From assembly GCA_963816145.1 (NCBI GenBank), contig CAWFJP010000011.1:352001-416000 (forward strand): a DNA stretch of 64,000 bases, read 5' to 3'. The DNA comes from an uncultured delta proteobacterium (GTDB lineage: Bacteria; Desulfobacterota; Binatia; UBA9968). Shown here in pieces: positions 41,301 to 51,535 of this stretch; position 1 is the stretch's first letter, and each line of letters starts with the position of its first letter. The notes under the pieces were generated by a model, which was not told the origin of the DNA, did not search any database, and was given only the letters and a program-made list of their open reading frames with translations. The position numbers and the translations under genes are program-made.

Positions 41301-44300
41301 CCCGGGTTTGCGGGATCGATGACGTGGTGCTCCGACTCCGCGAGGGAGACATAATGGTTTCGCGGGGGCATTTTGGTCCCATACCTATGACGCGTGGGCA
41401 GATTGGCACGGATGAGCCGCATGTCCGCTGGATGCATGAACACGGTACGCTTCACATTCCCGATCTCCACGCGCAGAGCGATTTTCCAATGTTGGGGGCC
41501 ATCGCCGGCAACAACCGCGTATGGTTAGGCGTGCCCCTTCGCCAGCAGGAGGAACTCATTGGATATGTGGCCGCACGTCGGACAGAGGTGCGTCCATTCA
41601 CCCCAGCGCAGATCAAGCTGATGGAAACGTTTGCCGATCAAGCCGTGATTGCCATCGAAAACGTGCGACTGTTTCAAGAACTCACTGAATCCCTGGAGCA
41701 GCAAACCGCCACGAGTGAAATCTTGGGCGTCATCGCCAGCTCGCCGACGGATATTCAGCCGGTGCTCGATGTGGTTGCTGAAAACGCGGCGCGGCTCTGT
41801 GACGCAACGGATGCGATAATACACCGCCGCGAGGGTGAATTGGCTCGCGCCGTGGCGTTTTATGGACCACTCGGGCCGACCAGACCTGTCGGAGAAGCGT
41901 TCCGACCTTCTAGATCGGAGGTGCCTGGACGGGCGATGCTAGACGGCAAAACGGTTCACGTTCATGACATCGCGGCAGATCTCGACGCAGAGTTTCCGGA
42001 ATCCAGAGCACACCAACAGATAAGCGGTTCGCGCACGATCCTGGTTACGCCGCTGCTCCGTGAGGGCGTCGCCATCGGTGTAATCATGATTCGCCGCACC
42101 GAAGTTCGTCCGTTCCCGGACAAGCAGATCAAACTGCTTGAAACCTTCGCTAGACCAAGCCGTCATCGCCATCGAGAACGTCCGCTTGTTTAAAGAACTC
42201 GACGAGCGCAATGCGGAGTTGCGCGAGGCGCTGGAGCATCAGACGGCGACGGCCGAGGTGCTCGGCATCATCAGTCGCTCGCCGACGGACGTGCAGCCGG
42301 TCCTCGACGCCATCGTCGAGAGCGCGGCTCGGGTTTGTGGGATCGATGACGTCTTGCTGCGACTCCACGAGGGAAACGCTATGACAGTGCGGGCTCATTT
42401 TGGTCCCATACCCATGAGCCGCGTCGAGATCGGTATTGATGAGCCACAATTCCGCTGGATGCGCGAGCATGGCACGCTTCACATCCCCGACGTCACCGAG
42501 TGGAACGATTTCCAAGTCGTGACCGCCGGCGGCTGGCGCACCCACTTATCTGTTCCGCTTCATCAGCAAGGGGAATTCATTGGAGGACTGACCGCACGTC
42601 GCATCGAGGTGCGCCCGTTCACCCCGGCGCAGATCAAGTTGCTCGAGACCTTCGCCGATCAAGCCGTCATTGCCATCGAGAACGTCCGCCTGTTCCACGA
42701 GCTGGAAGCGAAAAACCGCGATCTCACCGAAGCGCTGGAGCAGCAAACGGCGACGAGTGACATTCTCGCGGTCATTAGCAGCGCGCCGACCGAATTGCAG
42801 CCGGTGTTCAATACCATCGCCGAGCATTCGGTCAAGCTATGTGGCGGCCTCTTTAGTTCTGTCTATCGCTTCGATGGCGAGCTAATTCACATGGTAGCCG
42901 ATCACAACTATCCACCGATCGCCCTGGAACGATCCCGGCAGCTCTTTCCAACCCGACCGGGCCGACATCTGTTCACGGCGCGAGCCATCCTCGATCGCGC
43001 GGTCATCCACGTCCCCGATGTCGCGCGTGATACCGAGCATGCCGACCTTAATGTCACCGAAGAGTCGCGCTTCCGAAGCGTATTGTCCGTGCCGATGCTC
43101 CGCGGAAACAACCCCATTGGCGCAATCACAGTTTGGCATGCCGACATCGGACCGTTCACACAGAAGCACGTGGCGCTGCTGCAAACCTTCGCCGACCAGG
43201 CCGTCATCGCCATTGAGAACGCGCGCTTATTCCAGGAACTGGCAGCGCGCAACCGCGATCTCTCTGAAGCGTTGGAGCAACAGACCGCCACGAGCCAGAT
43301 ACTTGGTGTCATCGCCAGTTCGCCGACCGACATTCAGCCGGTGCTGGACGTTGTCGCCGAAAACGCGGCGCGGCTATGCGAGGCAACCGACGCGGTAATT
43401 CATCGCATTGATGGCGACAAGCTCCGACCAGTGGCTAATTACGGGCCGTTGCCGGGACGGGGGGGGCGGGAATTCATTCCAATAGTCCGTGACCATATAC
43501 CCGCCCGAGCCATAATTGACCGGCGAACCCTTCACATCGATGACCTGGCAGCAGTGCCAGAGAGTGACCTTCCAGCGGGTTTCGCCAGACGTGTCGGCGT
43601 TCGGACGGTGTTGGCCACGCCGTTGCTGCGCGAGGGAATTCCCATCGGGACGATTCATATCCGCCGCATGGAGGTCCGACCTTTTACCGATAAGCAGATC
43701 AAGCTCCTTGAAACGTTTGCCGCCCAAGCGGTCATCGCCATAGAAAACGTGCGCTTGTTCCAAGAGCTCAAGGAATCGCTGGAGCAGCAAACTGCGACGA
43801 GTGAAATCTTGGGTGTTATCGCCAGTTCGCCGACTGACATCCAACCGGTGTTAGACGTAGTTGCGGAAAATGCGGCCCGGCTGTGTGATGCGTTTGACGC
43901 ACTAATACTTCGAGTCGATGGAGACACTCTCCGGGATGTTGCGAAGTATGGGTCCGTGCCCACTCCAGGCTACCCTTTGCCTGTCACTCGCGGCACGCCT
44001 GTCGGTCGTGCTGTCACCGACAGACATACGATCCACGTTCATGATCTCACGGCGGAGGTGGAAACCGAGTTCCTAGAATCCAAGACAAGACAGGAAATTA
44101 GCGGCTCTCGAACCGCACTCGCTACACCGTTGCTGCGAGAGGGGATTCCCATCGGGGCTATCGTCATCCGCCGCACGGAAGTTCGCCCCTTTTCGGATAA
44201 GCAGATTAAACTTCTTGAAACCTTCGCCGACCAGGCCGTGATCGCCATCGAAAACGTCCGGCTGTTCCAAGAACTCGAAGCGCGCACTCGCGAGCTGGCG

Positions 44301-45535
44301 CAGTCGGTGGGAGAACTAAGAGCGTTGGGTGCGGTCAGTCAAGCGGTCAGCTCGACGCTCGATCTCGAAACGGTGCTCTCGACGATCGCTTCCCACGCGG
44401 TCCAGCTTTCCGGCACCGATTGCGGCGTGATTTATGAGTACGATGAACGCGAGCAAGAATTTGACTTAAGGGCGAGCCATCGGATGGAGACGGAGGTCGT
44501 CGAGATCTTGCGCGCCGCGCCGATCCACCTGGGCGAGGGCGCCACCGGCCGGGCGGCGACCATGCGCGCGCCGGTGCAGGTGCCGGACTTTTCCAATGAG
44601 CGGGAATTTACCGGCGCGCGGGCACGGCCTCTTCTGATCCGGCTGGGTTACCGCTCACTGCTTTCGGTGCCGCTCATGCGCGAGCAACAGATCCTGGGCG
44701 CCTTGACGGTCTGGCGTCGCCAGGCTGGGGAATTTAAACCCGAAGTCATTAACCTGCTGCAAACCTTCGCCACGCAGTCAGCTCTGGCCATCCACAACGC
44801 GCGGCTGTTCCGCGAGATCCAGGAAAAAGGCCATCAACTGGAGTTGGCGAGCAAGTACAAGTCGCAGTTCCTGGCGAGCATGAGCCATGAGCTGCGCACG
44901 CCGATGAACGCCGTGTTGGGCTACACGCGCATGCTCTTGATGAACGTCTACGGCGAGCTGCCGGAGAAAGTCAGAGACGTGCATGGACGCATCGACAAAA
45001 GCGGCCGCCATCTGCTCGGCTTGATCAACGATGTGCTCGACTTCTCCAAGATCGAGGCCGGCCAGCTGGCGTTGACGATCAATCCTTACTCGATCAAAGA
45101 TGTCATCCAGGCCGTGGTCACAAGCACGCAATCGCTGGCAACCGAGAAGAATGCTCGAATTAAGAATCACCGCGCCGGCCGAGTTGCCGGCAGCGTCCGG
45201 CGATGAGCGGCGCATTTCCCAGGTGCTGTTGAACTTGGTCGGTAACGCGATCAAGTTTACCGACTCTGGCGAAGTGCGCATCGATGCGGCGGCAACGGAC
45301 GGCGCGTTGGAAGTTTCCGTCTCAGATACCGGACCGGGAATTTCGCCGGCGGATCAAGAACATATCTTCGAAGAATTCCGCCAAGCCGAAGGCTCCGTCG
45401 CGCAGCGAAAAGGCGGCACCGGCCTCGGCCTGGCGATTGCGAAAAAGATCGTCGAAATGCACGGCGGCAAGATTTGGGTCGAGAGCGAAGTCGGCAAAGG
45501 CTAGCACGTTTACGTTTACGCTACCGCTCAAATAA
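35391..45535 (+). CDS. Giant cytoplasmic sensor histidine kinase with 18 tandem GAF domains plus HisKA and HATPase (split by several frameshifts)
   Basis: 18 copies of the (T/S)FAxQ(A/G)VIAIENxRLF-type motif at ~510-550 bp spacing; H-box SHELRTPMN, N-box NLVGNAIKFT, DTGPGI, GGTGLGLAI. Breaks near 40190-40570, 42152, 45155 and 45502. Confidence 0.88.
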
Positions 45536-45536
45536 G

Positions 45537-45716
45537 AAAAATCCGAAGCACGAACACTGGAAAGCACGAAATCCGAATTTCGAAATCCGAAACAAATTCG
45601 AATGTTCAAAATTCAAAATCCCAAACGAATTTCGGTTCCGGTATTTTGGATTTTCTTCGTTTTCTGTTTTTTGGTTTCGTTTGTTTCGAATTTCGTGCTT
45701 CGGATTTCGGATTTTA
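45537..45716. repeat. MITE-like inverted repeat with 7-bp-periodic (CGAAATC) arms, copy 2
   Basis: aagcacgaaatccgaatttcgaaatccgaaacaaattcg ... gtttgtttcgaatttcgtgcttcggatttcggattt. Confidence 0.8.
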
Positions 45717-45735
45717 AATAGAATCGAGAGTTGTT

Positions 45736-46104
45736 ATGGCTGGTAAGCGAATTTTGGCGATCGAAGATCACGAGGAAAACCGGCGGTTGTTGCGCGATCT
45801 GTTGACCAGCTTTGGCTATGAGTTGATCGAAGCGGTCACGGGCGAAGAAGGTGTTACGGCGGCGGAAACGGAGCGGCCGGACCTGATTCTTATGGACATC
45901 CAACTGCCCGGCATCGACGGCTACGAAACCACCCGGCGCATCAAGGCGAACCCCGCGCTGAGCCATATCCCCATCATCGCTGTGACCTCCTACGCGCTCA
46001 GCGGTGACGACGCCAAAGCCTTCGCCGCCGGCTGCGACGCCTATGTGACCAAACCGTTCGATCCGGCGGATCTTTTGGAAAAGATCAAGGGGTATCTGGG
46101 TTAG
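45736..46104 (+). CDS. Single-domain response regulator (DivK-like)
   Basis: IED, LILMDIQLPGIDGYE, AVTSYA, YVTKP motifs. Confidence 0.93.
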   Translation: MAGKRILAIEDHEENRRLLRDLLTSFGYELIEAVTGEEGVTAAETERPDLILMDIQLPGIDGYETTRRIKANPALSHIPIIAVTSYALSGDDAKAFAAGCDAYVTKPFDPADLLEKIKGYLG

Positions 46105-46115
46105 AGGGAAAAGAT

Positions 46116-46217
46116 GTCTCTCGCAAAGGCGCAAAGACGCCAAGTTCGGAGAAAAGAGTAAATGAATTTTGATTCTGCGGTTTCCTAAACTTCGCGCCTT
46201 AGCGCCTTGGCGAGAGG
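46116..46217. repeat. 9-bp-periodic inverted repeat (CGCAAAG/CTTGGCG type)
   Basis: ctcgcaaaggcgcaaagacgccaag ... cttcgcgccttagcgccttggcgag. Confidence 0.75.
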
Positions 46218-46251
46218 TAATCCGAATCCGGCTTCTTAGTTGAGTCTGAAC

Positions 46252-47367
46252 ATGAGCGCTCCTGCGAAAATACTTGTCGTCGACGACACCGAGATGAACC
46301 GGGACATGCTGTCTACGCTGGTGGAGGCAGACGGCCACAAAGCTTCTGTTGCGGTAAATGGGCGGATCGGCTTGGAGATGCTCAAGGCGGAGCCGTTCGA
46401 TCTCGTCCTGCTCGACGTCATGATGCCGGAGATGAACGGTTATCAAGTCCTGGAACAGTTGAAGGCGGATGACAACCTACGCGCCATTCCGGTGATCGTG
46501 CTGTCCGCTCTCGACGAGATCGGCAGCGTCGTACGCTGCATCGAGCTCGGCGCCGAAGACTATTTGCCCAAACCCTTCGATCCTGTCCTGTTGCGTGCCC
46601 GCATCGGCGCCTGCTTGGAAAAAAAACGGCTGCGCGACCAGGAAGTTCAACTGCGCGGCGAATTGGCGGAGTGGAACAAGACCTTGGAGCAGCGGGTGCA
46701 AGATCAAGTCTCGCAACTTGAGCGTCTAAGCCGGCTCAAGCGCTTCTTTGCGCCGCAGCTGGCCGAACTGATCGTCAGCGGCGGCGCCGAAGATCCGCTG
46801 AAAACCCACCGGCGGGAAATCACCGTGGTCTATTTGGATCTCCGAGGCTTCACCGCGTTCGCTGAAACCGCCGAGCCCGAAGAGGTCATGGGGGTGCTGC
46901 GCGAATATCACGCCGCCATGGGACAACTGATCGCCGAGCACGAAGGCACCCTGGAGCACTTCGCCGGCGACGGCATGCTGATTTTTTTCAACGACCCGAC
47001 GCCGATCCCCAATCCCGCGGAGCAAGCCGTGCGCATGACCTTGGCGATGCGCGAGCGCGTTAAAGATTTGACGTTCAAGTGGCGCAAGCTCGGCCACGAG
47101 CTGGGTTTCGGCGTCGGCATCGCCCAGGGCTACGCCACCATCGGCGCCATCGGCTTCGAGGGCCGCTGGGAATATGGCGCCATCGGTAGCGTGCCCAACC
47201 TCGCCGCGCGGCTATGCGGCGAAGCGAAATCGGGCGAAATACTAGCGACCCAGCGCTTGGTCGGCGCGGTCGAAGATCTGGTCGAAGCCGAGAGCGTTGG
47301 CGAGTTAACTCTAAAAGGGTTTCACCGCCCAGTTGCGGCCTACAATATCCTGCGGCTCAAAGACTAG
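46252..47367 (+). CDS. Response regulator receiver fused to class III nucleotidyl cyclase
   Basis: REC: VVDD, LLDVMMP, YLPKPF. Cyclase: YLDLRGFT, FAGDG, NLAARLC, LTLKGF. Confidence 0.92.
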   Translation: MSAPAKILVVDDTEMNRDMLSTLVEADGHKASVAVNGRIGLEMLKAEPFDLVLLDVMMPEMNGYQVLEQLKADDNLRAIPVIVLSALDEIGSVVRCIELGAEDYLPKPFDPVLLRARIGACLEKKRLRDQEVQLRGELAEWNKTLEQRVQDQVSQLERLSRLKRFFAPQLAELIVSGGAEDPLKTHRREITVVYLDLRGFTAFAETAEPEEVMGVLREYHAAMGQLIAEHEGTLEHFAGDGMLIFFNDPTPIPNPAEQAVRMTLAMRERVKDLTFKWRKLGHELGFGVGIAQGYATIGAIGFEGRWEYGAIGSVPNLAARLCGEAKSGEILATQRLVGAVEDLVEAESVGELTLKGFHRPVAAYNILRLKD

Positions 47368-47473
47368 CGCGGGAGACCAGGACATTCGCCGCAGAATTCA
47401 AAATCTGCCGCACGAAAGCGGCCACCCCTGAGTTTTTTCGCTAAAGATATGTTATTATGGATAACATACTTCG

Positions 47474-50400
47474 ATGAGCGGAAAATCTATTCCTACCGAG
47501 TTGTCGCCGGTGCCCTCGCTGGCGGCTCGGCTGTTGTTCTTCCTCAATTTCAAGCGGCTCAAAGTCTGGCTTTGGTGGCTCGCCGTGATTTTGATCGTGG
47601 TCGCGGCGATATTCCTTGAGATCCAGACTTCACTCCTGCAATCTTGGTTTTTCACCAGCACCAACGAGCGGCTTTTTTACACCCTAAAAAACGGCCCGAG
47701 CCGGGAGATCATTTTCCCTCGTGCTGCGCCCTTCGACGAGCGGCGCGGCTATTCCAAGCTGCCCGCCTTTCAAAACCGCCTGGAATCCCAGGGCTATCGG
47801 GTGACCAAGCAAATGCGCCAGTCGGAAACCATGCTAACGCTCTTGGATCGCGGCATCTCGCCGCCCTATCTGGAACGGCCGGATGCCGGCTTGGAAATCA
47901 GCGGCGCCGACGGCGTGCAACTTTTTCGCTACGCCCAGGGCGAGTTTCTCTTCGGCAGGATCGACGACATCCCGCCGCTCCTGGTCAAGACCCTTTTATT
48001 CCTGGAGAACCGCGACCTAGACCGGCCGGTAACGTCTTGGCAAAATCCGGTGATAGAGTGGGACCGGACGCTCAAAGCGGGGCTTTATTATCTAGGGTCC
48101 ATATTCCAGCTGCCGGTACCGGTGCAAGGCGGCAGCACGCTGGCGGTTCAGCTGGAAAAATTTCGCCATTCGCCCCACGGCCGCACCGGCGATCCCTTGG
48201 AGAAACTGCGCCAGATCGTCGGCGCCAGTTTGAAAGCCTATCAGGCGGGCCCCAACACCCGTGCCTGGCGTGAGCGCATCGTCGTCGATTATTTGAATAC
48301 CGTGCCCCTGGCCGCCGCGCCATCCTATGGCGAGATTCACGGCCTGGGCGAAGGCCTTTACGCCTGGTTTGGCATTCGCTTGAGCGATGCGGTCAAGGAT
48401 TTGCGGTCCGCCAAAGCGACACCTGCCAAGGTGCGCGCCTTCAAACATGCCCTCGCCCTATTGATTTCAGTCCGCGCGCCGTCGGTGTTTCTGGTCGACG
48501 AGCGGTCATCGCTGGAAGAAAAGGTCAACCAGTTTACCCGCCTGATGGCCCGCGCCGGGGTGATCGACTGGGAGTTCGCCGCCCTTCTGCAAGAAACGCC
48601 GATCAAGTTTCTGCCCACTGCGCCGCTGCCGCCGCAGCCGTCGTCAAACAAGAACAAAGCCGCCAACGCCATCCGCGTCAGCATGATGGAGGCGCTTGGC
48701 GTGAACAATCTTTACGACCTCAATCGTTTGCATCTGCAAGTCGACAGCACCATCGATGTGCCACTGCAAAAGCGGGTATCGGATTTCTTCAATCGCTTGG
48801 CTCAGCGCGACGTCATCAAAGCCTATGGCCTCGACGGCGAGCGTTTGCTCGAGGCCGACGACCCATCGAAGATGATCTATTCATTCCTGCTCGTGGAGGC
48901 CACGCCCAACGGCAATTTGGTGCGCGTGCAGGCGGACAATTTGACGGCGTCCTTGGATTTCAACAAAAGTGTCAAGCTGGAGCTCGGCAGCACCGCCAAG
49001 CTGCGGACTCTGACGCATTATTTAGAATTGGTCACCGAGCTGCACAAAGAGCTCTCGGGCCTGGACCCCAAGCAGCTGCAAGAACGCGGCAACGCGGGCC
49101 GCGATCCCTTGACCAAATGGGCGGCGGAAACCCTGCGCGCAGACCCGGCCATGGCGCTGCAGCCGTTCCTCGACAAAGCCATGGAGCGGAAATATTCAGG
49201 CAGCCCCTATGAAGCTTTTTTCACTGGCGGCGGATTGCATCATTTTGAGAATTTCGACAAACAGGAAAATGAACGCATCTACGAAGTGCGCGATGCCCTG
49301 CGCAACTCCAACAATTTGTCGTTCATTCGTATCATGCGCGATCTGGCCAGCTACCATCGCGCCCGCCTCGATTACGACGCCAACGATGTGCTCGATAATC
49401 CCGACAACTCGACACGCCGGCAGATGCTTCAGGAGATCGCCGACGAAGAATCCCGCGTCGCGTTGCGCCGCGCCTATAGGATCTACGCCAAGCAAACGCC
49501 CGACGAGATCGTCAAACGGCTGATCGGCAGCAAACGTAATATCGAGCGCCGCCTGGCCATCCTGTTTTTCGCCTGGAGAATCGGCAGCGACGAGGAAGCA
49601 TTAACCGCCTGGCTGGAAAAGCATGAAGCCAAGAGCGCCGAGACCGATGTCGCGAAACTGTTTCGCGCCTACAATAATCCACGCTCTAACACTGGTCGAC
49701 TACGCCTATCTGCTCAACATGCACCCGCTCGAACTCTGGTGTGCCAGCGAGTATCGCAAGAACGGCGAGCTGTCTTGGGAAGAACTGTATAATAAAGGCG
49801 TTCAGGCGCGGCACCTGGGCTCGGCCTGGCTGCTCAACCCACGCAACCACCGCGCCCAAGAGAATCGACTGCGCATTCGCATTGAAAAAGACGCCTTCGC
49901 GCGCATGACGCCCTACTGGCAGCGGCTCGGCTTCCCATTTAAAACTTTGGTGCCGACCTATGCCACCGCCATCGGCAGTTCGTCGGACCGGCCGACGGCG
50001 CTAGCCGAGCTGGTGGGAATTCTCGTCAACGACGGCGTACGCCGGCCGGCGACGACATTAACCAAGATTCATTTCGCCGGCAAAACACCCTACGAGACGT
50101 CTGCTCGAACGGCACCAGGAAAAGGGCGAACCGGTGCTCGCCCCCGAGGTCGCCCGCACCATGCGCAAAGCCATGGCCGCGGTCGTCGAGCAGGGGACCG
50201 CGCGCAGACTCAACGGCGTGTTCAAACTCGCCGATGGCACGGTGCTCACCGTCGGCGGCAAGACCGGCTCCGGCGACAATCGTTTTGAGACTTTCAACCG
50301 CAGCGGCGGCGTGATCAGCTCGCGCGCCACCAACCGCACGGCGACCTTCGTCTTTTACATCGGCGAGCGTTACTACGGCGTCATCACCGCCTTCGTCCAA

Positions 50401-50598
50401 GGACAGGAGGCCGGCAAATATCATTTTACCAGCAGTCTTCCGGTCACCTTGCTCAAACTGCTGGCGCCCTCGATCACCGCCAAGCTCGACAACAAGAAAC
50501 TCGACGAAGTACCCCCGCCAGTGCGAGAAACCCCAGCCGAGGTCACCAACCAAACCAGCAGCATCCCGCGCAACAAACGCCAAACCGTCGCGAATTAA
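47474..50598 (+). CDS. Large transglycosylase/penicillin-binding protein (frameshifts near 49686 and 50100-50130)
   Basis: TM anchor; GT51 motifs LFLENR and QGGSTLAVQLEK; transpeptidase-like GSTAK and GGKTGSG across three consecutive ORFs. Confidence 0.8.
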
Positions 50599-50664
50599 AC
50601 CGCATTCCAGTAATCTGTAATTTGGAATATGCAATGTGAGATTCGTGATTCCGCGTACGCGGAA

Positions 50665-51351
50665 TCACGTGCCGCGCCGATTGCCGAACAGCTGGATATG
50701 CAAGCGCGGTGTGTAACTATAGCCATACCGCTTGCATGACTCAACGATCCATCGAGCCTTGTCGGCCAGTTCCTCCTGCTTGATTCCCTGCGCCATCAAC
50801 ATGACCTTTGCAGGATCGACATGTTGCAACCGGTCAACGACGGCGCGGACTTCGTCAACATCCTTTTTCCGTTCGACGACAAACTTGAGCTGGTAGTCGT
50901 AACCGTCGATAAATTGTTGCATGACGGGGTGATTGAGCCGGCGCTTTTCATGCATGGCGGCAAACTCACCCTTGCTTTTTTTCCATGGCGTCGAGTTGGC
51001 GAGTTTGGGACTCAGCGAAATCAAATCGCCCGCCAGCGGTTTGTATATCGTCGCCGCGGTTTCGATGGTGATATGGGCGCCGCGTTGTCGGAGCTGCAAC
51101 GTCAGCTCTTCGATGTCCGGCGCCAGCAACGGTTCACCGCCGGTGATCACCACATGGCGGGTTGGATATTTGGCCACCTCAGCAAGGATATTTTTGACGC
51201 TCCAGCTTTTCCCCTCCGGCTTCCACGACGTGTAAGGCGTGTCGCACCAGCGGCAGCGCAAATTACAGCCGCTGGTGCGGACAAACACCGAGGGCACGCC
51301 GAGCAAGCGGCCTTCGCCCTGAATCGAGTAAAAAATCTCGCTGATGCGCAT
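50665..51351 (-). CDS. queE: 7-carboxy-7-deazaguanine synthase (radical SAM)
   Basis: ISEIFYSIQGEG, CNLRCRWCDT, ITGGEP, SLSPKL, PRLH motifs. Confidence 0.92.
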   Translation of the reverse strand: MRISEIFYSIQGEGRLLGVPSVFVRTSGCNLRCRWCDTPYTSWKPEGKSWSVKNILAEVAKYPTRHVVITGGEPLLAPDIEELTLQLRQRGAHITIETAATIYKPLAGDLISLSPKLANSTPWKKSKGEFAAMHEKRRLNHPVMQQFIDGYDYQLKFVVERKKDVDEVRAVVDRLQHVDPAKVMLMAQGIKQEELADKARWIVESCKRYGYSYTPRLHIQLFGNRRGT

Positions 51352-51535
51352 GAAGTCAAACTAACAGACGCGCAAACTCCATGAAAGCGGGAGAAATGAA
51401 TCTTGATTCGACCGAAGTCTGTGATAGACGTACCAGGTTGGCGCCCGATTAATTTAACTTCCCCCGTGCAGCCATGGCAATGAAGGGCAATGGCGGGGCT
51501 CGTGTGGCTGCTTTTTATAACGGGCTTTTCCGGGT

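Noticed and set aside
35391-44810. Phytochrome or cyanobacteriochrome photoreceptor
   Set aside because: No DIP, DxCF or CH bilin-binding motifs and no PAS/PHY domains recognised.
35391-45535. CRISPR array or DGR target suggested by conserved repeats with variable interiors
   Set aside because: The period is over 500 bp and protein-coding; no cas genes, reverse transcriptase or adenine-specific template/variable pair is visible.
51352-51470. preQ1 riboswitch upstream of queE
   Set aside because: No recognisable preQ1 stem-loop plus A-rich tail on the minus strand.
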